Shown here piece after piece: positions 63,776 through 64,000 of a stretch of DNA of 64,000 nt. The notes beneath the pieces were generated by a model. That model saw only the letters and a list, made by a program, of their open reading frames with translations. It made no database searches and was not told the DNA's origin. The stretch comes from Bacteroidales bacterium (GTDB taxonomy: Bacteria; Bacteroidota; Bacteroidia; Bacteroidales; UBA3663): contig SFEH01000005.1 in assembly GCA_004557315.1 (NCBI GenBank), positions 3,816 to 67,815 on the forward strand, read 5' to 3'. A program made the translations under genes and the position numbers. How positions within the stretch are numbered: the first letter of the stretch is position 1; every line of letters begins with the position of its first letter.

Positions 63776-64000
63776 TTATTTTGCACGTGCCTCGATCTCC
63801 TTGTTGATGGCATCGATCTTGTCGTCGGTCAGTTCATACTTTGAAATGATGAACATAGCGAGAGCAAGGAGAGCAGCAGGAATCACACATACGAGCCAGA
63901 GGATACCTTCTTCAGCCAAAGGAGACTGGTCGATGGTTTCGCTGTTGTAAGCGACATAGGCGAGAACGGCAGGGGTGACGATACCACCGAGGGTCATACC
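63776..64000 (-). CDS. C-terminal end of a GPH/MFS-type sugar (xyloside-like) symporter; gene continues beyond window end
   Basis: The last two TM segments plus the ...KYELTDDKIDAINKEIEARAK tail typical of GPH symporters. Sits directly upstream of GH10-GH43. Confidence 0.7.
   Translation of the reverse strand, partial: GMTLGGIVTPAVLAYVAYNSETIDQSPLAEEGILWLVCVIPAALLALAMFIISKYELTDDKIDAINKEIEARAK

Overview
The window looks like a Bacteroidota chromosome, probably Prevotella-like. Three things support this: TAnnTTTG -7 promoter boxes sit in front of most genes, the ATP synthase genes are in the order atpDC-atpBEFHAG, and many proteins carry lipoprotein or Sus-era signal peptides. No rRNA genes, CRISPR arrays, integrases or transposases were seen.

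Gene content by region:
- 1-23 kb (housekeeping): ABC-F ATPase fragment, M28 and C1 peptidases, yifB, a GT2 glycosyltransferase, tRNA-Ser(CGA), uvrC, apt, mnmG, ybeY, the F-type ATP synthase operon, a GH53 galactanase and queF.
- 23-31 kb: an AraC regulator, a DMT transporter, a GH43-CBM6 enzyme, and a nucleobase uptake cluster (uraA, a Tsx-like outer-membrane barrel, an AzgA-type permease).
- 31-64 kb (accessory-looking glycan region): a SusC/D-less galactomannan operon (GH26, GH130 mannosylglucose-phosphorylase-like, GPH symporter, cellobiose-2-epimerase-like, manA, GH36, GH2); a GH130-GH43 pair; an HD-GYP protein with a signal peptide; a REC-PPDK_N fusion protein; and a xylan core (symporter, GH10, GH43).

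Findings worth a second look:
1. A dispersed family of 120-170 bp palindromic intergenic elements. Their arms are tandem short-word repeats (octamers in four copies, 7-8 nt AT-rich words in the fifth). There are five copies, and two of them share a 69-nt core with 3 substitutions.
2. A 1.1-kb gene-free, repeat-dense island. It holds three copies of a 28-32 bp GTTAAC-rich repeat in direct/inverted/direct order, which makes it an inverton, shufflon or MITE candidate.
3. Two paralogous, mirror-oriented modules, each pairing a membrane LytTR regulator with a plug-containing outer-membrane beta-barrel. They bracket the mannan region.
4. Direct repeats phased at 20 bp upstream of a small secreted-protein gene that lies next to the AraC regulator.

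All functional calls come from motif recognition by eye. No database searches were run.
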